A DNA stretch of 59,039 nt, counting the filler. It is 4 parts of 4 records of this genome, joined end to end, with 100 filler letters (N's around TTAATTAATTAA, not from the genome) between each part and the next. Parts side by side here need not be neighbours in the genome. Positions count along the whole stretch, not along the records: positions 1 to 24,300 come from SRR22947725_481; 3 more parts are not named here. One strand, 5' to 3'. Of the stretch, positions 9,143 through 18,975 are shown one piece after another; within the stretch, counting starts at the first letter, position 1; each line of letters begins with the position of its first letter. The notes beneath the pieces were generated by a model. The model was not told where the DNA came from and did no database searches. It was given only the letters and a program-made list of their open reading frames with translations. A program made the position numbers and the translations under genes.

Positions 9143-10272
9143 TGCTTTTTATAAAAAAGATAATAAGATTCGTTATAAGTAAAAAAATATTATCTTATCC
9201 ACCCAAAAAAAAAATTGTTATATATGACTCCCACTCAAAAGAAATTATAAAAAAATTTTCATTAAAAAATTTTATTATTTTAGATACGAGATATGAAAAA
9301 TTTTATCTACCAATTTTATTTAAAAATTTTCTTAGATTTAGGTTTTCTTATAATCACTACATGCAAGAATTTATTCATTATGTAAATCCAAATTTGCTGA
9401 TTACTATAATTGATCAAGACATAAATTTTTATAAATTAAAGCTGAAGTCTGGGAAAAAAATTACAATTCAGCAGTCACGAAGATCTGAATTGCCAGAGGA
9501 TGATCTTTTTAATTTTAATAAGGAAAAAAAGAGAGTTCATTTAAAATCTGATTTTATATTTGCCCAAAACAAATTTATTGGGAAGAAGTATAGCTCTATC
9601 ATTGATGGAAAAATTGATTTCCTTGGTTCATTTAGATCAAATTCAATAAATTTAAGCTTTAAAAAGAAAAATATAAAAATATTATATATATCAACTTACA
9701 GGAAATCAGTTGACCAGCGTGCAAAAGAAAAAAATTCATTTCAATTTGAGTATTTAAAAAATGAATACAAGCTATTAAATACAATTAAAAAATATAGTAG
9801 AAATAATAAAATCAAAATTACAATCTTGGGATCAAGCATTGAGTATCCCAATGAAGAAAAATTATTTTTTTCTAAATATTTTAAAAAAAATTTTCATTTT
9901 CTAAAACGTTCTTCAAAAAGAAATACATATCAAATCATTGACAAATCAAAAGTTGTTTTAGGAATTGACTCAACTTTGATTTATGAGTCGTTTGGAAGAG
10001 GTGTAAAATCATTATTTTTTTGTGTTAGAGATAGCAGTTTATTCGATTTTTCATCTAGAAAATTTTCTTGGCCATTGAAATTAAAAAAAGAGGGCGCTTT
10101 CTGGTTAAATTATTACTCAGAGAAAAAAATATTTAATAAAATAGATAATATTAGAAAAATGAATAATAAAAAGTGGCTAGAAATTTCAAAAAATTATAGA
10201 GAAAAAATTATGCCTTATTATAAAAATAATCAAAAGGTAAATAAAACAATTCATGAAATATTAAAAAATTAA
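9142..10272 (+). CDS. Surface-carbohydrate biosynthesis protein (LA_1612-like; possible GT-B transferase)
   Basis: PPKKKIVIYD, ILDTR.E, GSFRSN and VLGIDSTLIYESFGRG resemble this family; glycan-locus context. Confidence 0.55.
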   Translation: MLFIKKIIRFVISKKILSYPPKKKIVIYDSHSKEIIKKFSLKNFIILDTRYEKFYLPILFKNFLRFRFSYNHYMQEFIHYVNPNLLITIIDQDINFYKLKLKSGKKITIQQSRRSELPEDDLFNFNKEKKRVHLKSDFIFAQNKFIGKKYSSIIDGKIDFLGSFRSNSINLSFKKKNIKILYISTYRKSVDQRAKEKNSFQFEYLKNEYKLLNTIKKYSRNNKIKITILGSSIEYPNEEKLFFSKYFKKNFHFLKRSSKRNTYQIIDKSKVVLGIDSTLIYESFGRGVKSLFFCVRDSSLFDFSSRKFSWPLKLKKEGAFWLNYYSEKKIFNKIDNIRKMNNKKWLEISKNYREKIMPYYKNNQKVNKTIHEILKN

Positions 10273-10276
10273 TTTT

Positions 10277-10897
10277 TCAAAGTTTATCACTTAAAAATTT
10301 ATTTATTAGATTTAATCCAGGCAACCTACTTTTTTCAGGGTGAAATTGACACCCGGTTATATTATCTTTTTTTACAATTGCAGGGACACTTATTTCTCCA
10401 AAATCATAATATGCAACCAAATTTTCTGGTTGTATTTCTGTGGCATAAAAAGAATGGATAAAATAAAACTCATCTAAATTTGGTGATACTTTATGAGCAA
10501 ATTGTTTGTTTATTTTAAGGTTATACCAACCTATGTTAGGTATTTTATATTTTTTTATTTTTTGAATTGGAAGAGGTCTTATTTTTCCTTTAATTAATTT
10601 CAAACCTTCACACAATCCGTGCTCACTACTATCCTCAAATAGTAATTGCATTCCTAAACAAATACCCATAATCGGTTTGTCTTTAGAGATTTCTTTTAAA
10701 AATTTAAATATATTTTTTTTTTTTAAATAATTTACCCCATCTTTAAAAGAACCTACTCCTGGTAAAATAATTTTTGAAGCTGTCTTTATTTCATCTTTAT
10801 CATTGCTTATTAAAACATTTTTCTCATATTTTTCTACGGCTCTTTTAATGCTTAAAAAATTTGCATTGCCAGTATCAACAATAATTATTTTTTTCAT
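10277..10897 (-). CDS. HisH-like glutamine amidotransferase subunit (WbuY type)
   Basis: ILPGVGSF, GICLGMQLL, FYFIHSF and QFHPEKS triad; adjacent to an N-acetyl sugar amidotransferase. Confidence 0.9.
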   Translation of the reverse strand: MKKIIIVDTGNANFLSIKRAVEKYEKNVLISNDKDEIKTASKIILPGVGSFKDGVNYLKKKNIFKFLKEISKDKPIMGICLGMQLLFEDSSEHGLCEGLKLIKGKIRPLPIQKIKKYKIPNIGWYNLKINKQFAHKVSPNLDEFYFIHSFYATEIQPENLVAYYDFGEISVPAIVKKDNITGCQFHPEKSRLPGLNLINKFLSDKL

Positions 10898-11634
10898 ATA
10901 CTAAAATTTAATGCACTCTTAATTTCCTGAATATCTAACAAATTATAATGAAGAACCCGAGAAAGAGCTAAACCATCAATACTAATCCTGCTTAAATTTT
11001 TAATATGCTGCAAGTTTCCGACCCCCCCGCTATATATTAAAGGTAAATTAGTGTGGTTCTGTACTTGATTTAATAATTCAAGATCTGGACCTTTTCCGGT
11101 TCCTTCTTTATCAATGGATGTAATCATTATTTCACCCGCTCCAAGATCCTCACATTTTTTGATCCAATCAGTAACTTCAATTTCTGTTCGATCTCTACCG
11201 TTAGTAATAAAAACTTCCCATCTATTATTTTCAAATTTCTTTACTTCAATATTTACAACAACACTTTGAGATCCAAATTTCTTAGATAGTTTATTTATAA
11301 AATTAGGATTTTTTACAGCCTGAGAATTTATAAAGACTTTGTCTGCTCCAGCCATAAATGATTTTTCTGCATCTTCTAACGTTCTTATTCCACCACCAAT
11401 CGTAATTGGAACAAAAATTTCTTTGGACGCTTCAACTAAAATGTTTCGAAGCTGATTTCTGCCGTATAGTGTAGCTACTGTATCTATTAGTATTAATTCA
11501 TCTATTTTTTTATCATAGTATTTTTTTGCAAATTGACCTGGATCTCCGATTTTTTTTAACCCTTCAAGGTTTATGCTTTTAATTAAATGCTCCCCTTTAA
11601 TATCTAATCTTGCGATAGTTCGGATTTTTCGCAT
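10894..11634 (-). CDS. HisF-like cyclase paralog (WbuZ type)
   Basis: IARLDIK, PITIGGGIR, GADKV, FGSQSVV, GAGEI and SIDKEGTGKG. Confidence 0.9.
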   Translation of the reverse strand: MRKIRTIARLDIKGEHLIKSINLEGLKKIGDPGQFAKKYYDKKIDELILIDTVATLYGRNQLRNILVEASKEIFVPITIGGGIRTLEDAEKSFMAGADKVFINSQAVKNPNFINKLSKKFGSQSVVVNIEVKKFENNRWEVFITNGRDRTEIEVTDWIKKCEDLGAGEIMITSIDKEGTGKGPDLELLNQVQNHTNLPLIYSGGVGNLQHIKNLSRISIDGLALSRVLHYNLLDIQEIKSALNFSI

Positions 11635-11637
11635 TTA

Positions 11638-12825
11638 TTATTTCCAAACCGTTTGTTTAAGCTCCCATTTTGATCCGTTTTTTCTCCAAAGATGTTTTGG
11701 TCTAAACTTATCGATTATTTCATTAAATTCTTTTTCATTCATATCTAAATAATCTAATATTTCTTTAAAAAAAATTTTTGGAAATTCTCCATCATATTTT
11801 TTTACTAAAGCAACCCCTTCATCTCTAGTTATGATATCATTTCTAATCTCAAGAGCGGCATCTTCTGTTGCTCTACCTCTACCTGTTTTAATAAACCAAG
11901 TGTAATGATGCAGGCCATCTATTTTGTCATCGAGGCTTGAGTATTTAGTATATGTGCCCTCACTTCTACCGTGTGGATTTACCTCAAAATTTGATTTTTC
12001 TTTAGCAAAATAAAAATTAGATTGCGGGTTATAATTAATAAAATAAGGTAGCTGTAAAACTTTTATATCCTGTTCCTGAAAATCTTTCTCTTTTAGAGGA
12101 AAATAAGGATTTAAATCTTTTTTATAAATGTTAAATTTTTCTAATTCTTTTAAAGAATATCCAGCATAATATAAATCTTTATCTTCTTTATATGTGTAAA
12201 GTGCTTGGCTTAAAAATTTATTATTAAAAGAGTGCAAATTTCCGCCTGAACCTCTTTCTGCCTGGCTGTCACCATAAACAACTAGTTTAATTTTTTTTTC
12301 TAAAGCTATTCTTAAAGGAAAGTAGACTTGACCTTGTGCGAAGGGTTGAAAGGGGTGGAGTAAATTTTTAAAACTTAATCTAGTAAGTTTTCTATGTACT
12401 GACCCATCTGGTTTATGAAAATAATTATCATAACCAGAGTCGACCCATTGTATGTAATTTCTCCAACCAACATCTGTGTACATATGTGGAGCCCAAGTAC
12501 ATGTAAGAGGATTCATTTTGTATTTATGTTTTAAAGTATGTGCAACGAATATTGAGTCTTTTCCGCCGCTACCAGGAACTACAACATCATAGTAGCCGTC
12601 ATTTCTTCTGTATTTATCTAGCAATTCAATTAACTCTTCCTCCCTTTTTTTCCAGTCAACAGTCTTTTTGTAGTCATAATATAAACAAGCAGAGCAAACT
12701 TGATTTTCGTCAAAAGAAGTTCTGGTTTGTGCTCTGTCTTTTTTATCTTCATGAGTAACCGAGCCTAGAAATCTTTGGTTAGATTCTACACATTTTACAC
12801 AAAATTTTACTTCTTTATTTATCAT
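11638..12825 (-). CDS. N-acetyl sugar amidotransferase (WbuX/PseA family)
   Basis: N-terminal C..C / CSAC, YDVVVPGSGGKDS PP-loop, MNPL, YSSLDDK and IRND.ITRDEG. Confidence 0.9.
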   Translation of the reverse strand: MINKEVKFCVKCVESNQRFLGSVTHEDKKDRAQTRTSFDENQVCSACLYYDYKKTVDWKKREEELIELLDKYRRNDGYYDVVVPGSGGKDSIFVAHTLKHKYKMNPLTCTWAPHMYTDVGWRNYIQWVDSGYDNYFHKPDGSVHRKLTRLSFKNLLHPFQPFAQGQVYFPLRIALEKKIKLVVYGDSQAERGSGGNLHSFNNKFLSQALYTYKEDKDLYYAGYSLKELEKFNIYKKDLNPYFPLKEKDFQEQDIKVLQLPYFINYNPQSNFYFAKEKSNFEVNPHGRSEGTYTKYSSLDDKIDGLHHYTWFIKTGRGRATEDAALEIRNDIITRDEGVALVKKYDGEFPKIFFKEILDYLDMNEKEFNEIIDKFRPKHLWRKNGSKWELKQTVWK

Positions 12826-12841
12826 TTGTAATAGGTATTAA

Positions 12842-12858
12842 CGTTCAATATTTGAACG
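12842..12858. promoter_or_regulatory. Palindromic operator candidate CGTTCAATATTTGAACG
   Basis: 7-bp inverted arms in the second divergent intergenic region; outer pair co-varies (C/G versus T/A in the other copies). Confidence 0.7.
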
Positions 12859-12903
12859 CTATACAATTTTATGCTAAATATCAATATATATTTATCAAGT
12901 AAT

Positions 12904-14115
12904 ATGACAAAAAAAAAAATAATTTTTTTAAGATCTTTCTATTTTGACTCGCTTCTTTTCGAAAAACTAGATTTTCAAAAATATATCGATAGCAAAAAAA
13001 TAGAAACCGAATTTTGGAGATCCAATAATAATATTAAAATTTCAGATTTTAAAGTTGAAGAAATTTTTCAAAAAAGACTTTCTAAAGAAAATGAATTGGG
13101 TGATAAATTAAAAAAATTTTCAAATTTTTGGGAACTTTTTAAGTTAGTAAAAACAACCAGCAAAGACTGCTTTATATACGATATAGATTATTTAAATAGA
13201 GGTCCTTTTTTCAGCTTACTACTAAAGTTATTTGGTGCTCACTTAGTATTTCATGGGCATTCAAATTTTCCAATTATAAAGATAGAAAAAAAAGATATAA
13301 AACAAAAAATAAAAAGAATACCAGCAAAACACTATTTATTTTTCTTTTTAAAATTTATAAGATTTTTTTTAAAAAAAATTTTAAATAGGCTTTTAAAACC
13401 AAAACTTGATATTTTCTTTTACAACGGGGAGTATGAAAAGTTACTTTCAAAAAAAATTTCCAAAAAAGGAATTAGCCTTTTTACACGTGATTATGAACAA
13501 TATTTAATTGAACTAAAAAATAATTCCCAAAGACTTGTTAATGAAGAGTATATTTTATTTTTAGATCAGAGCTATCCTATTCCTTTTGATAATTATTTTA
13601 CGAATGAGGATCCAGTTACTACCGAAGAAAAATATAAAAATGCTATACTTAATTTTTTTCATTCGTTAGAAAAACTTTATAATAAAAAAATTATTGTAGC
13701 ACTTCACCCAAACTCAAGAAGAGAAAAATTTTTCAATTACGAAAGTTATAAAGGTTATACAAATCATTTAGTAAGATACTCTTCATTTGTTATTGGGCAC
13801 GATAGCCTAAGTTTGCAATTTGTAGCTTTATGGAAAAAACCTTGCTTACTGATATACAATCAAGACATGATTGACAGGCTTACAAAAAAAAAAGAACTTG
13901 ATTGGTTCAAGGATAATATGAATCTTAAAACTCTAAATATTGATAAATTTAACAACCAAGAAATTATTTCTAAATTATCAGTAATAGAGTCTGATTTTAA
14001 TAAAAATAGATATGACAACTTTATTAATAAATTTTTAAGAGAAAAAAATAACAATAGTGAACATGTAGAATTCAAGGCCCAATTGATCATCGATAAGATA
14101 ATCAATCACCATTGA
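12904..14115 (+). CDS. Hypothetical protein, possible GT-B-fold polysaccharide biosynthesis protein
   Basis: Long ORF; C-terminal ILFLDQ, IVALHP, VIGHDS.SLQF and KKP pattern. ATG 12904 preferred over 12871, which lies just beyond the operator. Confidence 0.55.
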   Translation: MTKKKIIFLRSFYFDSLLFEKLDFQKYIDSKKIETEFWRSNNNIKISDFKVEEIFQKRLSKENELGDKLKKFSNFWELFKLVKTTSKDCFIYDIDYLNRGPFFSLLLKLFGAHLVFHGHSNFPIIKIEKKDIKQKIKRIPAKHYLFFFLKFIRFFLKKILNRLLKPKLDIFFYNGEYEKLLSKKISKKGISLFTRDYEQYLIELKNNSQRLVNEEYILFLDQSYPIPFDNYFTNEDPVTTEEKYKNAILNFFHSLEKLYNKKIIVALHPNSRREKFFNYESYKGYTNHLVRYSSFVIGHDSLSLQFVALWKKPCLLIYNQDMIDRLTKKKELDWFKDNMNLKTLNIDKFNNQEIISKLSVIESDFNKNRYDNFINKFLREKNNNSEHVEFKAQLIIDKIINHH

Positions 14116-14193
14116 CGGTATATGAGGAGATAATGCAATGAAATTAAAATTTTTAAAAAGAAATATTGAATTTTATGCAATTTTGATATTTAA

Positions 14194-14210
14194 TGTTCAT
14201 TTATTGAACA
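14194..14210. promoter_or_regulatory. Palindromic operator candidate TGTTCATTTATTGAACA upstream of the MarR regulator
   Basis: Directly follows TTGAAT(14166)-N17-TTTAAT(14189) and lies 16 bp before the MarR start. Confidence 0.72.
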
Positions 14211-14226
14211 CTTACTTAAAAAGCTA

Positions 14227-14535
14227 ATGAATAATAATATTAATTCTGACGAACACAAAATTTTGAGAAAAATTGGAAAAAAATCTCAAACATCTCAGCG
14301 TGAGTTAGCAAAAGAACTAAGCTTTAGTCTTGGTAAACTAAATTATTGCATGAAAGAATTAAAAAAAAAGGGTTTAGTAAAAATACAAAATTTTAAAAAC
14401 AATAAGAGAAAATTAAATTATCTGTATGTATTAACTCCTAAAGGTATTGCAGAAAAAACTAAAATAACTCTCAGATTTATGGAACAAAAAATGAAAGAGT
14501 ATGATGAGCTTAAAAAAGAATTAAGAAAAAAATAA
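14227..14535 (+). CDS. EPS-associated MarR-family transcriptional regulator
   Basis: SQRELAKELSFSLGKLNYC...YLYVLTPKGIAEK...EYDEL signature. Confidence 0.92.
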   Translation: MNNNINSDEHKILRKIGKKSQTSQRELAKELSFSLGKLNYCMKELKKKGLVKIQNFKNNKRKLNYLYVLTPKGIAEKTKITLRFMEQKMKEYDELKKELRKK

Positions 14536-14537
14536 CA

Positions 14538-16253
14538 ATGAGCTTATCTATAATTTCAAGATATAATAATATCTTTGACAAGAAAGAAAAAAAGGAATTA
14601 TTTTTTTTTTTTAGTTTAATCATAATTACCATGGTGCTAGAGGTTTTTAGCATTGGATTAATTATTCCTGTGATAATGTCGATCATGAATCAAGACATAT
14701 CCTCAGCTGTTCCATTTTTAAAACCATTTTTTATTATTTTAGATGGTTATAATAGCCAGGAGGTAATCATATTTACTTCATTGATGCTGGTATTAGCTTA
14801 CTTGCTTAAAAATCTTTACCTTCTTTTTTTTTTAAATATTGAAGGAAATTATTTATCTAAAATTGAGAAAAATTTAAAAACTAAAATTTTTCACAAATAT
14901 TTATCACATCAACATTACACTTATTTTAAAACAAATTCTTCTAAGTTACTTAGTAATATCACAATGGATGTAGCTATCGTGGTTCAGGCATTCAAAAATT
15001 TCTTAATACTAATGGCTGAAATTACAGTTGCAATCGGAATTTTTGCACTTTTATTTTATGTTGAGCCAATTATGATGTTATTTAACTTAGTAATTATAAT
15101 AGCTGGATTATTTTTCTTTAATCTTTACTCGAAACAGAAAGTAAAAAATTTATCATTTTCAAGAAAAAAAAATACAGATGATTTATTTTTGACTTTAAAT
15201 AATTGTTTCGATTCTATCAAAGAAATAAATGTATTTAATAAAAATTTATTTTTTGAAAATATTTTTAATAAAAGTAATCATGAAATATATAAAATAAATA
15301 AAAAATTTCATATTGTTCAAGGATTACCTAAAATTTTTTATGAATTTATAGGCGTATTGTTATTAATGGCTCTTATAGTAATTATGACATTTTCTTTAAA
15401 GGAAAAAGATATAATTATTGCTTTTTTAGCTCTCGCTGGAGCATCTGCTTTCAGACTAATACCATCTGCAAATAGAATATTAGTTGCATATCAGTATTTA
15501 GGGTTTGCAAAAAAATCCTTATCATTAATCAATCAAGAATTAAAAAATAATTCATTAGATAATATAAATAAAAAGCAACAAATTGATTTCCAAAATAAAA
15601 TTGAATTTAAAAATGTATCTTTTAAATATAAAGATAGAGATAGCTACATTCTAAAAAATGTTAATCTTAAAATTAATAAAAGTGATAAATTCTTAATTTA
15701 TGGTGAAACGGGGTCTGGAAAGAGCACATTTATTGAACTACTGCTTGGCTTGCTTAAACCAACAACAGGTTCAATTGAAGTTGATAACAATGACGTAAAT
15801 TTAAATTTTAAAGAGTGGTGTAAACATATTGGGTATATTCCCCAAAAGGTAACCTTGATAGATGGAAGTATATTATCAAATATTGCATTTGGCATAGAGG
15901 AAAATAAAATAGATTTTAATTTAGTTAAAGAGGCGATATCGTTATCTGAGATAAGTTCATTAATAGAACGTTTGCCAAATGGAATTAATACAAATGTAGG
16001 TGAATTTGGCTCTAATTTATCAGGCGGTCAAATTCAGCGGTTAGGCATAGCTAGAGCAATTTATAGAAATCCAGATATGCTAATTTTAGATGAGGCGACA
16101 AATGCATTAGATGAAGAAATGGAACAAAAGGTTATTTCAAACATTTTGGAAAAATTTAAAGATAAAGCTTTAATAATTATAACACACAATAAATCCCTTT
16201 TAACTGAACTAAACAAATTTAAGATAGAAAACTCAAAATTAATCTCAATATGA
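14538..16253 (+). CDS. ABC transporter, fused TMD-NBD (PglK/MsbA-like glycan flippase)
   Basis: TM region, GETGSGKS, LSGGQIQR and LILDEATNALD. Confidence 0.88.
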   Translation: MSLSIISRYNNIFDKKEKKELFFFFSLIIITMVLEVFSIGLIIPVIMSIMNQDISSAVPFLKPFFIILDGYNSQEVIIFTSLMLVLAYLLKNLYLLFFLNIEGNYLSKIEKNLKTKIFHKYLSHQHYTYFKTNSSKLLSNITMDVAIVVQAFKNFLILMAEITVAIGIFALLFYVEPIMMLFNLVIIIAGLFFFNLYSKQKVKNLSFSRKKNTDDLFLTLNNCFDSIKEINVFNKNLFFENIFNKSNHEIYKINKKFHIVQGLPKIFYEFIGVLLLMALIVIMTFSLKEKDIIIAFLALAGASAFRLIPSANRILVAYQYLGFAKKSLSLINQELKNNSLDNINKKQQIDFQNKIEFKNVSFKYKDRDSYILKNVNLKINKSDKFLIYGETGSGKSTFIELLLGLLKPTTGSIEVDNNDVNLNFKEWCKHIGYIPQKVTLIDGSILSNIAFGIEENKIDFNLVKEAISLSEISSLIERLPNGINTNVGEFGSNLSGGQIQRLGIARAIYRNPDMLILDEATNALDEEMEQKVISNILEKFKDKALIIITHNKSLLTELNKFKIENSKLISI

Positions 16254-17311
16254 AAAACTTAAGCAGAAACCTTATTTTACCTAATAAGACGCTGAAAGAA
16301 GCTTTAAAAAAAATGGAAGAAACTTTTTATAAGTGTTTAATCGTAGTTAATAAATCAAATAAGCTTCTTGGCACCATCACTGATGGGGACATAAGAAGGG
16401 CAATTATCAGAGGAGCAAAATTTTCGTCAATTTTGAAAAATTACTATTATAAAAAACCATTTTTTGTTAATGAAAAAATATTTTCTGGAAAATTAAGTTT
16501 AATTAAAAAAAATTTAGAGTTGAAAGATTTGGACCTAGTGCCAATTATTGATAAAAATAAAAAAGTAATAAATATAAAATCAAAATCTGAAATTTTTAAA
16601 GAAACGAAACATAAAATTCAATCAGTACTCAAGTCAATTCCTGTTGTAATAATGGCAGGCGGGAGAGGGACAAGATTATTACCCCACACCTCAACTATTC
16701 CAAAACCTTTAATGCCAATAGATAACAAATCGATGATTGAGCATGTGATGGATAAGTTTATTTATTTCGGATCAAAATTATTTTTTATAACTATAAATTA
16801 TAAAAAAGAGTTAGTTAAAGCTTTTTTTTCAATAAATGATAAAAAAATTAAAATTAAATTAATTACAGAAAAAAAACCGCTTGGAACTGCAGGATCTTTA
16901 TCACTGATAAAAAAAAAAATTAAATCTACTTTTTTTGTTATAAACTGTGATGCATATATTTCATGTAATTACAAATCACTTTATGAGTTTCATAAAAAAA
17001 ATAAATCTATCCTAACAGTTGTTGTTTCAAAAAAAAACAATTCAATTCCTTACGGTGTATGTAAGGTAAACTCAAAAGGCTTACTGGCCTCTATAAAAGA
17101 AAAACCAAGCATCGATTTCCTAGCAAATACTGGTCTTTATGTTATGGAACCATCAATAATTAATTTTATTAAAAAAAATTCTTTTTTCGATATGAATCAG
17201 TTAATTGATCTTTTACTGAAGAAGAAAAAAAAAATCAGTATTTTTCCAATAAATGAAGATGAATGGAGCGATTTGGGTAATTGGAATAGTTTAAAGAAAT
17301 TTACTAATTAA
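16250..17311 (+). CDS. CBS-domain sugar-phosphate nucleotidyltransferase (PtmE/LegX-like)
   Basis: GTITDGDIRR CBS pair, IMAGGRGTRL, PKPLM, PLGTAGSL and WSDLG. Confidence 0.88.
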   Translation: MKNLSRNLILPNKTLKEALKKMEETFYKCLIVVNKSNKLLGTITDGDIRRAIIRGAKFSSILKNYYYKKPFFVNEKIFSGKLSLIKKNLELKDLDLVPIIDKNKKVINIKSKSEIFKETKHKIQSVLKSIPVVIMAGGRGTRLLPHTSTIPKPLMPIDNKSMIEHVMDKFIYFGSKLFFITINYKKELVKAFFSINDKKIKIKLITEKKPLGTAGSLSLIKKKIKSTFFVINCDAYISCNYKSLYEFHKKNKSILTVVVSKKNNSIPYGVCKVNSKGLLASIKEKPSIDFLANTGLYVMEPSIINFIKKNSFFDMNQLIDLLLKKKKKISIFPINEDEWSDLGNWNSLKKFTN

Positions 17312-17313
17312 AT

Positions 17314-17895
17314 ATGATTTCAGGAAAAAAATTTATTGCCATCGTACCCGCAAGAATAGGAAGTAAAAGATTAAAGATGAAAAACTTGAGAGAATTTAAT
17401 GGCAAGCCTTTATTTTTATGGTCAATGATGTCAGCGAAAAAATCAAAATATATTGATAGGATATATTTATCTACAGATAGTAAAAAAATTAATACTATTG
17501 CTTTCAAAAATGGTTTTAAAATTTATAATTTGAGAAGCAAAAAACTTTCAACAGATAAAACAACATCTTCTGAATTAATTTTAAATATTTTTAGTAGAAT
17601 AAAAGAAAAATTTGATTTTTTCATTTTATTACAACCAACTTCACCTTTGAGACAATCAACAGATATAGATTACGCAATCAAAAGAATAGTTCAAAAAAAC
17701 AAAAAAAGTCTTGTTTCAGTTAATGCAAAAAACAATCGAAATAATGGAGCTATATACATTCAAAATATAAGTTTTTTTAAGAAAAATAAGAAATTTAGAT
17801 ATAAAAATTCGATGATTTATAAAATGCCTGCAAAAAAATCGATAGATATTGATACCAAAAAAGATTTTGATCAAGCATTAAAGTATTGCTTATGA
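17314..17895 (+). CDS. Acylneuraminate cytidylyltransferase, copy 2 (short form)
   Basis: VPARIGSKRLKMKN, LSTDS, LLQPTSPLR, NGAIY and SIDIDT..DF. Confidence 0.88.
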   Translation: MISGKKFIAIVPARIGSKRLKMKNLREFNGKPLFLWSMMSAKKSKYIDRIYLSTDSKKINTIAFKNGFKIYNLRSKKLSTDKTTSSELILNIFSRIKEKFDFFILLQPTSPLRQSTDIDYAIKRIVQKNKKSLVSVNAKNNRNNGAIYIQNISFFKKNKKFRYKNSMIYKMPAKKSIDIDTKKDFDQALKYCL

Positions 17896-18974
17896 ATAAA
17901 AAGAAATTAAATAAATATTTTAAAAATAAAAAAATTGTTGTCACTGGTCATACAGGATTTAAAGGCTCGTGGTTAACTCTTTCTCTTAAAAATTTAGGCG
18001 CTAATATACTGGGCATCTCTAAAAACGTCCCAACTAATCCCTCAAATTTTCAAGCTTCTAAAATTAAAAATGAGGTTAAGTCAAAAAAATTAGATATCAG
18101 AAATTTGAAAATGTTGAGAAAAGTTATAAAAAAATTTGAGCCGGATATTATTTTTCATTTAGCTGCTCAATCATTAGTAAGTATTTCTCATGAAAATCCT
18201 AAGGAAACTTGGGAAACAAATTTAATAGGCACACTAAATATTTTAGAAATTTTAAGAGATACTAAAAAAAATACTGTTGTTGTGATTATTACTAGTGATA
18301 AAGCATATAAGAATATTGAAAAAAAAGAAGGATATAAAGAAACAGACATTTTGGCTGGCATCGATCCTTATAGTGCATCGAAATCATCTGCAGAGATAGC
18401 TATAAAATCTTATTTCGATTGTTTTTTAAAAGATAAAAAGAATATCAAATTAGGAGTAGCTAGAGCAGGAAATGTCATTGGAGGTGGAGATTGGTCGAAA
18501 GATAGATTAATACCTGATTGTGTAAGATCTTGGTCAATGAATAAGATTGTAAGAATAAGAAATCCATATTCAACCCGTCCGTGGCAACATGTATTAGAAG
18601 CTGTTTGGGGATATATTTTGTTTAGCTATAAATTGAAAACTGTTGGAAAGTTAAATGGTCAGGCATTTAACTTCGGACCTAATGATAAAAAAAACTACAA
18701 CGTAATTGAACTTCTAAATATGATGCAGAAAAATTGGAAAAACGTAAGATACTCAATCAAAAAATCGAAAAAATTTAAGGAAAGCAATCTTTTAAAACTC
18801 AACTGTAATAAAGCAAAAAAATATTTGGGATGGAAAAATATTCTTAAATTTAATGACAATATAAAACTTACAGCTGAGTGGTATCAGTCTTTCTACTCAG
18901 AAAAAGGCAGAATAAGAGAATTATCTTTAAGACAAATTGAAGATTATAAAAATAAATTTATTAAAAATATTTAA
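17892..18974 (+). CDS. rfbG: CDP-glucose 4,6-dehydratase
   Basis: VTGHTGFKGSWL, HLAAQSLV, ITSDKAY, DPYSASK, RAGNVIGGGDW and RPWQHVLE. Confidence 0.95.
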   Translation: MNKKKLNKYFKNKKIVVTGHTGFKGSWLTLSLKNLGANILGISKNVPTNPSNFQASKIKNEVKSKKLDIRNLKMLRKVIKKFEPDIIFHLAAQSLVSISHENPKETWETNLIGTLNILEILRDTKKNTVVVIITSDKAYKNIEKKEGYKETDILAGIDPYSASKSSAEIAIKSYFDCFLKDKKNIKLGVARAGNVIGGGDWSKDRLIPDCVRSWSMNKIVRIRNPYSTRPWQHVLEAVWGYILFSYKLKTVGKLNGQAFNFGPNDKKNYNVIELLNMMQKNWKNVRYSIKKSKKFKESNLLKLNCNKAKKYLGWKNILKFNDNIKLTAEWYQSFYSEKGRIRELSLRQIEDYKNKFIKNI

Positions 18975-18975
18975 T

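Noticed and set aside
10277-11634. hisH/hisF as histidine biosynthesis genes
   Set aside because: No other his genes nearby; coupled to an N-acetyl sugar amidotransferase
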